NCBI GenBank assembly: GCA_951406725.2
Contig: OX597822.1
Location: 85,374,001-85,438,000, forward strand
From: Octopus vulgaris
Taxonomy: Eukaryota
Length of the DNA: 64,000 nt
Reading direction: 5' to 3'
Both the position numbers and the translations under genes were made by a program. A model generated the notes under the pieces. The model saw nothing but the letters and a program-made list of their open reading frames with translations, was not told the origin of the DNA and searched no databases. Shown piece by piece: positions 12,965 to 26,409 of this stretch; position 1 is the stretch's first letter, and each line of letters begins with the position of its first letter.

Positions 12965-13572
12965 TGTATGTATGTATGTACATGAATATTTTTCGTCACT
13001 TTATTTCTTCCTGTAAGAAAAAATAGCAAGTTTCTAACAAAAAAAAAAAGAAAAATATTTCGATGGAGTTTGGGTAAAAGGCCTACCACACCGTCTGCCA
13101 AATTCATTCACAAATGATTAGCGGGCCCATGGCTATAGTAGAAACACATACCCAAGGTGCCTGGCCTGACACACACACTGCCATGTTTGCGCTGTATCAA
13201 TCATGCATTACACTTACAGAAAACAAAGACTCGCCCGTCCGTGCATATTCACACATACATACATATTTACGCACATCTATATGAATTGACAAACGGGAGA
13301 AACAGCACTCGTCATATGTTTGTTGACTGAACCCAATTCGGTAAGGGTTAGGGTTTGGGTTAGACGTCGGAATAAAAGTAGAATAATGAGCTTGTTGATA
13401 AAATCTACTTCAGCACCCTCCCCTCAAAATGTTTGGTTTGTGCAGAAGTTCTAAAAGTTAGCGTAAACGCCAGAGTCTTAACGGATTTATGAATAAATAT
13501 ACGGAAACGAAATCTAAAATAAAATATGTACACACACACACACACGAATACACGCGCGCACATGTATGCATG

Positions 13573-13629
<57 letters not shown>

Positions 13630-14245
13630 TCTTTTACTTGTTTCAGTTATTTGACTGCGGCCATGCTGGAGCACCGCCTTTAGTCGAGCAACTCGACCCC
13701 AGGACTTATTCTTTGTAAGGCTAGTACTTATTCTATCGGTCTCTTTAGCCGAACCGCTAAGTTACGGGGACATAAACACACCAGCATCGGTTGTCAAGCG
13801 ATGTTGGGAGGACAAACACAGACACACAAACACACACACACATATATATATAGACATATACACGACAGGCTTCTTCCAGTTTCCGTCTACCAAATCTACT
13901 CACAAGGCTTTGGTCGGCCCGAGGCTATAGTAGAAGACACTTGCCCAAAGTGCCACGCAGTGGGACTGAACCCGGAACCATGTGGTTGGTAAGCAAGCTA
14001 CTTACCACACAGCCACTCCTGCGCCTCTATATATATATATTCTTTTATTGTTTTTTCTTTCAGTTATTTGACTGCGGGCATGCTGGAGCACCGTCTTTAG
14101 TCGAACAGACCGTCCCAGGACTTATTCTTTGTAAGCCTAATACTCATTCTATCGGTCTCTTTTGTTGAACCACTATGTTACGGGGGCATAAACATACCAA
14201 CATCGGATGTCAAGCGATGGTGGGGAGACAAACACAGACACACAA
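13630..14245 (-). mobile_element. SINE family 1, near-complete copy (13630-14026) plus 3' part of a second copy (14055-14245)
   Basis: Minus strand begins GGCGCAGGAGTGGCTGTGTGGTAAGTAGCTTGCTTACCAACCACATGGTTCCGGGTTCAGTCCC and ends GAAACAAGTAAAAGAG. Confidence 0.9.
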
Positions 14246-14249
14246 ACAA

Positions 14250-14414
14250 CAACGCGAGGACGTAGTACAAGTGCTGTGTTATTGGACGCTCAAGAAAGGA
14301 AAGAAAAGAAACAGGATTTCACGTTTCGAGCGGAGCTCTTCATCAGAAATATAGGGAACGTGCAAAGAAGGGAAGACGAAGAAAGAAAATCGCCAACGAT
14401 ACACTCGCGGTCAC

Positions 14415-14415
<1 letters not shown>
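14250..14415 (-). mobile_element. Short non-coding HHR-bearing element, family A
   Basis: Homologous to 24030-24245 and 36301-36506, with partial copies at 6270-6352 and 19026-19115; abuts (TA)n. Confidence 0.7.
14316..14350 (-). ncRNA. Minimal type I hammerhead ribozyme-like motif (GUG at cleavage site, probably inactive copy)
   Basis: ATTT-CTGATGA-A-GAGC(TCC)GCTC-GAAA-CG-TG-AAAT; palindromic ACGT stem III. Confidence 0.65.
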
Positions 14416-14457
<42 letters not shown>

Positions 14458-14458
<1 letters not shown>

Positions 14459-14666
14459 CGGGAAGGTTTACGAAAATAAACAAAAGACGAAGGCAGGTGG
14501 AGTACAAACAAACAAATGTATTAATATGGCGCTCAGGAATAGAAATAGAACAAGTCTTTTACGTTTCGAGCCTAAGCTCTTCGACAGAAAGATACACAGA
14601 AAAAAAACAAGGAGAGAAACAAGGAGAGAAAAAAATGCGTGTAGGAGCTAACGATCTATCATGGCG

Positions 14667-14668
<2 letters not shown>
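14458..14668 (-). mobile_element. Short non-coding HHR-bearing element, family B
   Basis: Minus strand TCTTT-CTGTCGAA-GAGC(TTAG)GCTC-GAAA-CG-TA-AAAGA at 14555-14592; flanked on both sides by (TA)n. Confidence 0.7.
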
Positions 14669-14706
<38 letters not shown>

Positions 14707-15337
14707 ACTAAGCGGAGCAGGAGGACACCTGTGGACGGAAAGCTTGGTTGAAGAGGTCACAGATGTGTGACTAAAGATTTCTAGATAATGGGCATAAGAT
14801 AGAATAAGAACAATAATAAATTAGTGAAGAACGAATATACAGTGCGTGTGTTTATTTGGCAAAAAAGTGACCGTCCTGAAATATAGCAATATATATATAT
14901 ATACTGTATGTATATATGCATAAATAGAGAGAGAGAGAGGCAGGAAAGGGGAGAGATAGGGAGAGAGAGAGAGGGAGAGAGGGGTAAGAGAGAGAAAGAA
15001 AGAAAGAGAGAGAGACAAAGACACACAAGCACGAACACACACACACATACACATACGCACACGCACACAGAGTCACGACCAGCATTTAACCTGCCGGTAC
15101 TTGTGAACACTTAACAGCCGACTGAGGAGACGTCTCTAAGTCCAGCCTCTCCTCATCGTATCCCGGGGTAGAGGGAAGAAGATTGGGTAGAGGCTGTGTT
15201 AGCCCTGATAGGTGCTAAGCCGGGTGCTTGAAGTAGATGATGGGCGTGGCCATCGACCATGACGCCACTAAACCGTGTTAACTATATCTGTTACTCCGTT
15301 AATGCTGCTCTTTACTGAGGCTAGTTAAATAATAAAA

Positions 15338-15413
<76 letters not shown>

Positions 15414-15474
15414 TATAATCCCCTTTCGTCTCTGGTTGCAGCTTTTATAAATTAAAGCGAAGGCACAAAACATA

Positions 15475-15659
15475 ATCTTTTCTACAAAAGGCACAAAGCC
15501 AGCAATTTGTAGAGGAGGATAGTCAATTACATCGACTTTGTGCCCAACTTGTACTTTATTTATCGATCCCGAAAGGATGAAAGGTAAAGTTGAACCCAGA
15601 TCGTAAAGACGGACGAGATACCGCTAAGCATTTCGTCCAATGCGCTAAAATTCTGCCAG
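15475..15659 (-). mobile_element. SINE family 2 (degenerate)
   Basis: Reverse-complement match to the family 2 core. Confidence 0.7.
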
Positions 15660-15706
15660 TAATAATAATAATAATAATAATAATAATGATAATAATAATA
15701 ATAATA

Positions 15707-15779
<73 letters not shown>

Positions 15780-15808
15780 GGATGATGATGGTGAGGATGA
15801 TGAGGATG

Positions 15809-15889
<81 letters not shown>

Positions 15890-15915
15890 GCAACAACAAC
15901 AACAACAACAACAAT
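15660..15915. repeat. Compound trinucleotide array (AAT)n(GAT)n(AAT)n(AAC)n
   Basis: Direct reading. Confidence 0.95.
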
Positions 15916-17866
15916 AATTTGGGCACAAGGCGTAGGAGATAATACAAAGAAAAGTAAAAGAGAAAGAAAATGATTCAATGATGAGTCAACAAGAAAAAAG
16001 ACAAATAAATAAATAAAAATTAGAAAAAATAAAGACTCTCTAAAATGTAACTGGTAAACACACTCCACCCCAGATTGACCAGACACAATCACCAAAGACA
16101 AGCAAGTATTTTTTGGCTGGTCTTGCTACCAATTTGCTTAAGATTTTGTCATCTCATTTCGTCTGACCAATTTCATCATTCACTCCAACTTTTCATAAAA
16201 TTTTCTGCGGTGGGGGAGCATTTTTCCTTTCTAGCAAATCTTTCCTCTCTTCAAGAGGAATTTGAAGATGTTGATGAGGATTTGCTTAAAGAGGAAATGA
16301 TCAATCATCAATTTTTTTTCAATCGCTCCCGCCTCTCAACTTCTTTTTCCAGAAAAAGGAACATCGATCCTAATGTCATAAAACAACCATGATTTAATGT
16401 TCTGGTTCTCGAAACACTCGCTTCTTATCCTGTCTTTCACCTCATAAGAATCTGGAACTTTCGACATAATTCTCCCAGACTAAAATTTTACATTGTTCTC
16501 GTCGAAGAACGAAACCCCTCCCGGCCATCACTAAACTACGTTATTGATGCCAAACGCTCAACTTCGGTCTTCATTTGACTCAGGACTTATATCTCAATTA
16601 AGCTGTGGAAAGTCGTGACGCCTGAACGATACCCTCCCTTGTTCACCGTCGTCATAGTCCAGGAATGTTCACCATTCTGGAGGAATAGCACAAGGTAACG
16701 GAAACGTAGGCTGACTGGAAGATAATGAGAGAGACCTGTCTCTTTGTCAATTCATGAAGCTTCCATTTCCAGATGTCGAAGAAGAGATAACTACTCCGAA
16801 ATGAATGCATCCATCAGTTTGATTGGGGAATGCTGTCAGCTGACTTGGGCTATCGACACCTTTCCGTCTACAGCGAGAAATGTTCACTATCACAAAATAC
16901 AGGGAATGGCTTTCTTACCGAAGGTCATTCGGTTCGAATTTGCCTCAAGCATATTTGAACTAATAAACAAGTTTATATTTGTATATATCACTGCTTAGCG
17001 CTTTTAATCTGTAACCCAGACTTGTACCAAAGTTCTCGTTATCTTCTGGTACTCTTGAAGAATGGTGCCAACCAAATCGATTTTCGATGTGTACAGCACT
17101 ATGAGACTAATGTCGTCCGTTTACTCAAGCCTGACTCTTCTTTGCTTCTTAGTTCCAGCGGTTTTCTTTTCAAAATTTCCTCCTCAGCAATGACTTCAGC
17201 ACCAAAGAGACGAGAGAGGACATCTCCGACGGACTGTGCACGTGATGCGAAGCTGTTCCGTTAGATGGCCATTTAGCTGAGCCATTGAACTGATACTGTC
17301 ATATATTGCAGTGATCCAATTTACGAAAACAGTCCTGAAATTGACCGTTCTTAAGAAGGTCACAGAATAAACGATAACCGACTCTGCTGTATGCTTTGCA
17401 CTTATCTAAATTCACCGGAACTCCACAGAAACCAAGTGTGGTATCGATTCGCTCAATAATGTATCGCCTGATTGTTGTGAATAGCTCTACCGAACATATG
17501 TTTGTGGGTGTCCGACTGGACCAATGCCGACAAGCGTCAACTCTGTCCTCAGTATAATAATTATAATAATTATAATTATTATAATTATAATTTCTAACAG
17601 AGTTGCAATTTCACAATTTCGTAGAGTCAAACGTAAGGAGGGTAGCAATCGATTACATTGTTGGTGGATCTATCATGCTTAACTGATTAATCGATCAGTG
17701 CTTAACAGATATTTAGATAATCGATATTCTAATATACTTAAAACGCATTATCAACAACAAAAAGAATTATAAACTACAAACATAAAGGGACCTTACTACA
17801 CATCGCAAGGTATTTTGTGAGCTCCCCAACTGAATCTGCAGTTTCATTTGATAGGGGGAAAAAAAC

Positions 17867-18278
17867 GATCTTTTCGGTTTGAACGGCAGTTTTTTAAAAT
17901 AATTTCCACGTAACTAAACACTTTTAAACTTCGTATACTTGTAGAATGTGTTTATAAAACATCTTTTTCTCTTGGCTTTATTGAGAAAATTCTATAGTTT
18001 GTAAGATATTTGTTGTTTTTTTTCCTTCAATTTCTGCAATTTCAACCAATCAATGACGTCTATTGAGGTGAAAACATTCTGTGCCGTATGAATATGCCCC
18101 TCGTTTAAGAGACAGATTGGGTTTATTTACATTTCTGAAGAAGAAAAAAGATACCCTTCCCCCCACCCCTAACCCTAAAACAGATTGAAATGCAATAGAT
18201 CGATACTAGGATCATAATTATGGGTGACAATTTCATATGACACCACTAGAAAAAACTGCCGTTCAAACCGAAAAGATC
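17867..18278. mobile_element. Unclassified MITE with ~28-bp TIRs
   Basis: GATCTTTTCGGTTTGAACGGCAGTTTTT ... AAAAACTGCCGTTCAAACCGAAAAGATC; A7 runs on both flanks (possible TSD); internal CCCTAACCCTAA. Confidence 0.85.
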
Positions 18279-18833
18279 CAAAAAAAGATATAGTGAGGGG
18301 GATTATGAGAAAGTTTTACTGAAAGTGAGGAACAATACCCCAAACCTATAAGGGGCCAACGAGGGAAGATCCATACGGCCAACTGACCGGCTAGAAATAG
18401 CTGTTAAGTATGCCTGAAGTAACACCTTGCTGTCTTCAAGAAGAACGACACGCTAGATAATGTAGCCTAAGGTATATTGCGTCGGAAAAAGAAAGCACGG
18501 AATGGCGAAAAAGCCCTGCCTCAAAAGGGCTCAGTCGAAGTGAAACGATAGGGGATTGTTTGGTGTAACTGTTGCCATAGAAACAATTGGAACTGCTCAC
18601 TAGAATACATTAGACAAAGAAAAGATTAAAACAAATTAGGACTGTTTGTCTCGGGCCGCGTGAAGAATCGCGCAGCAGATATTCTGCGAGGTAATGGAAC
18701 GACTCGTCTCTTTGGAACGAGTAAATAACCGCATTTAGATAGATTCAATACACGTTCTCCTGCTTCTACATACATACATATACACATACATACCTGTATA
18801 GAAACAAACATACATATATTAATATATATGATA

Positions 18834-18900
<67 letters not shown>

Positions 18901-18946
18901 AAGTAATTAAGTTAATGTCTGGTCATAGAGTGACCAATGGTTTCAC

Positions 18947-19026
<80 letters not shown>

Positions 19027-19114
19027 TTAATCCAAACATGAACAAAGAGAAAACACAACAACGCGAGGACGTGGAACAGGTATAGTGTTATTTAACGCTC
19101 ACGAAAGGAAAGAA

Positions 19115-19152
<38 letters not shown>

Positions 19153-19161
19153 GCATGTATG

Positions 19162-19211
<50 letters not shown>

Positions 19212-19736
19212 CGTGCGTGTGGTGTGGGTGTGCGTATGAACATGAGATCCAGAGATGCTCAATACAGAAAACAAAACTGCGAAATCTTTAACGGGGACTA
19301 CGTCTGCTGGGTGAAAAATAGCTGTAAGAGGAATCCAGGTAAGCAGGTATGGAGACAATGATGCAAATAGACTAATAACACACACACACACACACACACA
19401 AAACCACATGCACGCACACACATGCATGCAGGCACGCACACGCGCACACACATGCATTCACAGTCGGGAAAATATAGAGGCGAAATTTTATTGTTTGTCA
19501 GCCGTCAACAACGAAGGCAGCTCCATCGCAACACTGCTTTGCATAAATTTTGGTGGACAGTTAAAGGGAGATAACTAGTATATTTGCACCGTTCCCCATG
19601 GAACATGGCGAATCATCGGACGGGCCGCACCACTGAAAAATTCAGAGTAATTTTTCGTTACGTGTGCCATTCACAGTGTCCCACGGCCTCAGTTTGCCCG
19701 TGCCTGTGTGTATAATTATATATATGATGTTGTATA

Positions 19737-19899
19737 AAGGTGCGGAAATGGCTGTATATAAGAAGTTTGTTCCCCAACCACATGGTTCAGAGTTCAATCC
19801 CGCTGTATGGTACCTTAGGCAAGTGTCTTCTACAGGAGTCTCGGGCCGGCCATAGTCTTCTAAGTGGATTTGGTAGACGGAAACTGAAAGAAGCCCATC

Positions 19900-19994
<95 letters not shown>

Positions 19995-20195
19995 TTTGCT
20001 TGTCCCCCACTATCGCTTGACAACCTGTGTTGGTGTGTTTACATCCCGGTAACCTAGCGATTCGGCAAAAGGGTCCGATAGAATAAGTACAAGTCTTTAA
20101 AAATAAAAATAACACTAGGGTCGATTCGTTCGACTAAAATTCTTCAAAGTGGTGCCCCAACATGGCCGCAGTCTAATGACTGAAACAAGTAAAAA
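19737..20195 (+). mobile_element. SINE family 1 with internal (TA)n(GT)n
   Basis: Head, core and 3' end all present. Confidence 0.85.
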
Positions 20196-20219
20196 CCTAT
20201 GCATTAGACAATATATCAT

Positions 20220-20332
<113 letters not shown>

Positions 20333-20335
20333 CTT

Positions 20336-20600
20336 AACTGGTCCTCCGTCGGTTACGACGACAGGTGTTCCAGTTGATCCGATCAACGGAACACCTTGCT
20401 CGTGAAATGAACGTGCAAGTGGCTGAGCACTCTTCAGACACGCGTACCCTTAACGTAGTTCTCACAGAGATTCAGCGTGACACAGAATGTAACAAGGCCG
20501 GCCCTTTTGAATTACAGGTACAACGAACTTTTGCCAGCTGAGTGGATAGAAGCAACGTGAAATGGAGAGTCTTGCTCAAGGACACAACAGGGAAACCGAA
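20336..20600 (-). mobile_element. SINE family 3 (head-truncated)
   Basis: Minus strand GTTGTGTCCTTGAGCAAGACTCT..CCACTCAGCTGGCAAAAG central domain, shared with the SINE at 55945-56272. Confidence 0.65.
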
Positions 20601-20605
20601 CTTCA

Positions 20606-20644
<39 letters not shown>

Positions 20645-20746
20645 TGAATATAAATAGAGACTAGCTTAAGGTGACCCGCTCTACGCGCGGGTAAGAGTGT
20701 TACTTTCTGTTGCTTCCTTTCTGTTTTTTATCAACACATTCTCCCT

Positions 20747-20778
<32 letters not shown>

Positions 20779-21789
20779 CATACATACATACATACATGCA
20801 CACATATGTACATACATACATAAATACATACATATATACATCAAAAATGGAGTCGACGGTACTTCCCGAACCATCGGTTTATAAAGCCGGTTTTCCGGAT
20901 TCTAGGGTGTATATATTTCCCCCACCCTTGCCAGAAATAGCAGCTTATTCCTATAAATCAAACTCTACTGCCTTACAAAAAGAAGGACGAATTGACAAAG
21001 AAGATGGTATGGTCAGAACTGATCTGGAGATTAAACAACTGCGTTCGTGCCAGCGAGGCAGCTTCTGCGTGGCTGCATGCCTTGTTAGAAATAGCACCCA
21101 AATTTCCTACTCATCACGTACGAAAATATTATAATACAAAGATACATTGAATAACATAGATACAGGTGCACGATGTATTAAAATATGACTGACTCGTCAT
21201 TGTTTCATCTTTCGTAATATATATGTTAGATGAGGGCCAAATTAGGGCTTAAGAATCATTCAATAATGTAACCCATTTTGAGAAAAGACACACTTTTGAT
21301 TTTACCAACCATTGAATAATCGTCTTCACTAGTAAAATCTCTTAAGAGATAGTAACAGGAAACATTTATTTGTCTGAATCTCCACCTCCTCCTCCTCCGT
21401 GACTACAAGCATGTTTTTCAGTAGAGCTGCTTCTATCAAACACTCCATATTGTCCATTAGCTACATCCTACATACCGTCCTAACACCACACCACACACTT
21501 CATCAACAGCGATTTAAGAAGCATCTTTCAACTGATTATACATGTAGCCTCGTTTATCACCCATTTATTCATCACCGATCCGGGATAACACAGTATAATC
21601 AATTGTGAACTATGTTTCGGTTATCACGGATTGATCTCCGCTATCAGTCGAAGATTCTGCTTGTACCGTAGAGTCGTGCCCCAGCGACTCCCCACAATGC
21701 TCAGCTACCCGCAATGCACTGACTATCGCTTGTGTTTACCTGAATCTCCCGCGAGGCGACGTAGTTTTGATACGAATTTACGTATTCAT

Positions 21790-22300
21790 CATCATGGGGC
21801 CAGGGAGCAGAAAAAATTCAAAAACGCTTCATCTTAACAAACGACGGAGATGAGTTTATTCTCTACAAGAAAAGGTAGAAAAGATCAAGGAAATACATGA
21901 TTTCGGAAGCCTTACTGCCGTAGGCCGCGACCTTGGTGTCAATGAATCTACCAATCAGTCTACCGTGTGGAAATGGTAAAATGGTTCGTTTATCAGTTTT
22001 CGATTGTCGTATTTTTTTCTTCCTTTTTTTAGTGTGGCTGACGCCCCATCTCGGACAAACGAGGATATAAATAACAGATTCAGTCAATTTTTTTTACTTC
22101 ATGGCACAAAGGAGATCAATTTACTTCTGGTGCGCTTCGCACGGGAACTTTCAAAAAAGATTGTTTTAAAGTTTTGTTTCTCTCGTGAATAACATAAATA
22201 GAGCCGGCAACTTCTTTGCAAACGTCACTCTTCACAATACCAGGAGGTCTTACATTGTAATATCACTAGTGTATAGCAATGCCAAATAAAAATGCATCCC
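21790..22300 (+). pseudogene. Degenerate Tigger/pogo-like transposase N-terminus (CENP-B-type HTH)
   Basis: Manual translation RRR*VYSLQEKVEKIKEIHDFGSLTAVGRDLGVNEST (~21842-21952), resembling the HTH of pogo/Tigger transposases; stops and frameshifts. Confidence 0.55.
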
Positions 22301-23514
22301 AAACACTCCGATTTCCTTTTCAAGACTCCAAAAATATGTCAGCCCTGATTTAATATCGACAACCCATAAAACCGAAATTAACCATTAGAGTACTGATCAC
22401 ATTGGACATCGATTTCATCGAATATGTCTCTTTACATACGAAATGTGACCCAGTGTTTATATAAGAAATCAATGAGGACGTGTTTGATGTTCTTCGTATT
22501 TCAATCACACTTCGACTTTAGGTTCAACCCTCAATCAATATTTGCGATAATTATCAGTTTACTGTAAATCATTAAAATATCAGACTTGGTACAGCTCTAT
22601 TGGACGTTGACTAGTGTTGAATTTTACTCTTCGAGTTATTCAGTTCAAATCCTACAAGAGTGATTTGACCTCTTAGAACTCCGAGGTCAGATTCTGATAA
22701 GGAGAAAGCATGAAGAGGATATTTTATTTATTACTTGAGACATGAACGAACTAAACTTTATTTGTATGTGTGTTCTCTTCTATTTTTAAACAATTAAGTT
22801 CTTCCTCTGAACAAGGAGCTGCTTTCTAATAAAAATACAAGACTCCATCGTTGGAATGGAGATAACGAAAGCAATGTCACATTTTAAACTTGAGAAAAGT
22901 CTTGCATATTTTTGCTGTTCCGCTCACAGATTGTATTTGTAAGGTGAGGGTCAATTGGTGGATTTCTTGTTCAGTAGTTGTTGTTGTCGAAAGAATGGGG
23001 TACCAGAAGAAACTTCTTTTGGTCGCCTGAAAAAGCCTATTACGTTATTGTCATTATGTTGTTGTGTACCTCCATGTCAGCTCCTATGATTGAAGGCATT
23101 CCAGCCGTGACCATCGCTTTCTCCCGTCGGCGTCTACGTATGAGGTCCGACAGACAATTTTATATCTGTAAGCCTACTCACACTGATGATTTGTTTTCAG
23201 TAGTGAAGGTTTGTGTAGGACTAACCACAATTTTTGGAAATTCTGACAGTAGAAAGTTTGTGTAAATCTTTGCCTCAAACTCGATGAATAACATAATTCA
23301 AGCTTTTCTTTTCGAGCTCTCCATCTCCCGGGTTAGTTGCCTTCACAACTTAAAGCCCACCCTGCTAGGATAAATGCACACCTGGGTACCTCACCATAAA
23401 TTTCTAAGGCCTGGTGCACCTGTATGTGTGTGTGTGTCTGTATGTCTGACTAACAGACAGACACACACACAAACACACACACAAACGCACACACATACAC
23501 ACACACACACATAA

Positions 23515-23995
23515 ATTAATAAAAAAACAGCTAGGTGCAATGTAACTAAGGGTGCCGAAGCACCTACATTGCTAGAAATAAGAGTTAAATAAACTCTTAA
23601 CTCTGTAAAAAGAGCGCAAGATATACATATACTGATAGGGGAGGTAACCTCCCCATGACCGTCTCTGGAATCACCAGACTAGATCTAGTTTCGCCTATTC
23701 TTTTGGCATCGTCAGGAGTGACTGCTCATACGGCCGATGGTCGGCTAATTCTACCAGCATTTATTTACCATAAAAAATTATGGATGATTTAGCGAAATGC
23801 TAACGCGTATTATAAGAATTAATATAAACAGCTAGGCGTAATGTAATACTATAAAGGAAAACTTTAATCGTTGCTAAGTGTAACTATGGGTGCCGAAGCT
23901 CCTACATTGCTAGAAATAAGAGTTTTAAAAAACACTCTTAGCAATGTAGGTGCTTCGCCACCCTTAGTCACACTTAGTGACGATAAAATTTTTCA
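23515..23995 (-). mobile_element. Solo Penelope-like terminal repeat (pLTR) with partial tandem duplication and terminal fold-back
   Basis: Direct repeat of GTAACTA-GGGTGCCGAAGC-CCTACATTGCTAGAAATAAGAGTT at ~23542 and ~23880; inverted repeat 23857-23993; contains an HHR. Confidence 0.65.
23671..23721 (-). ncRNA. Type I hammerhead ribozyme, canonical core
   Basis: TCACTC-CTGACGA-T-GCC(AAAAGAATA)GGC-GAAA-CTAGATCTAG-TC-TGGTGA; palindromic stem III, GUC cleavage triplet. Confidence 0.8.
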
Positions 23996-24029
23996 TATAC
24001 ATACATACATATATATACATATATAATTT

Positions 24030-24245
24030 TAATCCAAACGGGAAAACAAAAAAACAACAACAATGGAACAATTACAGTATTATTATTAATAGGCGCTCAG
24101 GAAATATGGAAGCAGGAAGGTATGACGTTTCGAGCGGAGCTCTTCGTCGGAAACATAAAGAAGGAAGAGAGAGGAAAGAAAGATCCCAAAGCGGGCAACA
24201 GGAGATGGAGAAAAAAACGACTGGTGTTTACGAGTTACACATGGT
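24030..24245 (-). mobile_element. HHR-bearing element family A
   Basis: Minus strand GTTT-CCGACGA-A-GAGC(TCC)GCTC-GAAA-CG-TC-ATAC at 24120-24154. Confidence 0.65.
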
Positions 24246-24859
24246 GAAAGGCGGAAGTTTACGATAAACAAGAGCAAAGTAGGTTTTTAAAGCCAAAAGA
24301 GTGGAGACAGGGTTGGTAACGCAACAGATGTTTGTGTATGTGTGAGTGTGTGCGTGTGCGTGTGTGTATGTGTGAGTGTGTGCGTGTGCGTGTGTGTATG
24401 TGTGTGTGAGGCGAGATAAAAAAACAAAAAATATATGTATGTGTTAGTGTGTGCGTCTGTGTGTAGGCGTGTGAGGTAGGGCGAGACAGTAGTAGGCATA
24501 GCAGACAGTGGTCAGTAGTAAGAAAATGAAGGAAGGAGGAAGGGAGGGAGGGGAAGGGGTGGGGGCGTATGTAGCGTGCCAGCGTGTGTTGAGTAGTAGT
24601 GTGTGTGTGTGTCCAGTGTCGTGGTAGTATTAATGGCGAGTAGATTGAATGTGTGTAAGAGTAATGTATATATTTAAGCAATGTGTGTGTGTGAGTGGGT
24701 GTGTATATGTGTGCGCGTGTGTGTAACAAAAGGACTCCAGCTGAGGGGAAGATGGAAGAGTGGTCCCGCGGAGACGGGCGTGGGAAAACCCAACGACAAG
24801 CGACGGTCCCAGGAACGAGCGGGAGGTCTCGTCGGGTCCAAGAGCGAGGTGCATGCAGC

Positions 24860-26409
24860 GCGTATGCGTGCGCGAACCGGCGCAAGCGCGTGTGTGCGCG
24901 CGCCTGCGAGTATGCGCGTAAGTATGTATGTGTGTGGATGTGTGAGTGTGTCTGTGTGTATGTCTGGGTGTCAGTGTGTCCGATGAATGTATGTGAGTAT
25001 GTGTGTATATATGTGTGTGCATAGATGTATGTCCGTGTGTGTGTGTGTGTGTATGTGTATGAGTGTGTATGTATGTACGTGTGGGTGTGTGGAAGTGTGT
25101 GTATGTGCATGTGTGTGCGCGTACATACAGGTGTGTGTGTGAGTGTGTGTGTGTATGTATGTGTGAGTGTGTATGTATGTGTGTAGGATGCATGTATGTG
25201 CATGGGTGTATGTATGTGTATGTGTATGTATGTATGTGTACGTGCGTGTGTGTGTGTGTATGCGTGTAGGTGTGCGCGTGTGCATGCATGCATGCATGTG
25301 CGTATGTGTGTGTGTGTGCATGTGTGTGGGTATATATGTATGTGCGTATATGTGTGTGTATGTGCGTACATGTGTGTGTGTGTATGCATGTGTGTGTATG
25401 TAGGTGTGTAGGCGTGTGTGTATAGGTGTATGTATGTAAGTATGTATAGGTGTATGTATGTAAGTATGTATGGGTGTGTCCGTGTATGTGTGTGTATGTA
25501 GGTGTGTGGGCGTGTGTATATAGGTGTATGTATGTATGTCTGGGTGTGTCCGTGCATGTTTGTGTGTGTGTATGCATGTGTATGTAGGTGTGTGTGTACG
25601 TGTGTAATGTATGTGTGTATGCGTGTGTGTGCGTGTGTATGCGTGCGTGTGTGTATGTAGGTGCGTATGTATGTGTGTGGGAGTGTAGGTGTGTGTGTGC
25701 GTGTGCGTGTTTATATTGGTGTGTGCGTATGTGAGTGTGAGTGTATGGGTGTTTGTCATGCATGTGTGTGCGCGTGCAGGCGAGTGTGTGTGTAAGTATG
25801 TGTGTGTGTATGTTTGTGTGAGTGTGTATGTGTGTATGTCTGTGTGTATGTATGTGCGTATAGGAGTATGTAGGTATGTGTGTGTGTATGTGTATGGGTG
25901 TGTGTATGTATGTGTGTGTGTGTGCATGTGTATAAGTATATGTGTGTGTGCGTATGTGTGTGTATGTGTATGTGTGTGTGTTTATGTAGGTGTGTATGTA
26001 TGTGTGTAGGCGTGTGTGTGTAGATGTATGTATGGGTGTGTGTCTGTGTGTGTTTGTGTGTGTGTGTAGGTAGGTGTGTGTGTCTGAGTGAGGGTATGGC
26101 TGTGTAGGTGTGTGTGTGTATGAATGTAAGTGTGTGTGTGTACAAGTGTAATGTATGTATGTAGGTGTGTGTGTGTGTGTATGTGTACGTGTGCGTGTGT
26201 ATGTGTGTGTGTGTATGCGTGTGAGTGTGAGTGTATGGGTGTATGTCTGTGTGTGTGTATGTCTGAAGTAGGTATGTGTGTGTATGTATGTATGTGTGTG
26301 TGTGTGCGGGTATGTGTGTGTGTGTGTGTGTATGTGTGTGTGTGAGTAGGTGTGCGTGTATGTATGTGGGTAGGGATGCGTGCGAATATATATACATACA
26401 TACATACAT

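Noticed and set aside
13340-13364. Telomere-like GGGTTAGGGTTTGGGTTAG (also CCCTAACCCTAA at ~18167)
   Set aside because: Only 2-3 imperfect units; the 18167 instance is internal to a MITE; not an interstitial telomere array
16075-17270. Possible decayed LINE ORF1 or host exons (e.g. IVLVEERNP on + strand)
   Set aside because: Too degenerate to assign by eye; needs tBLASTx/HMM search
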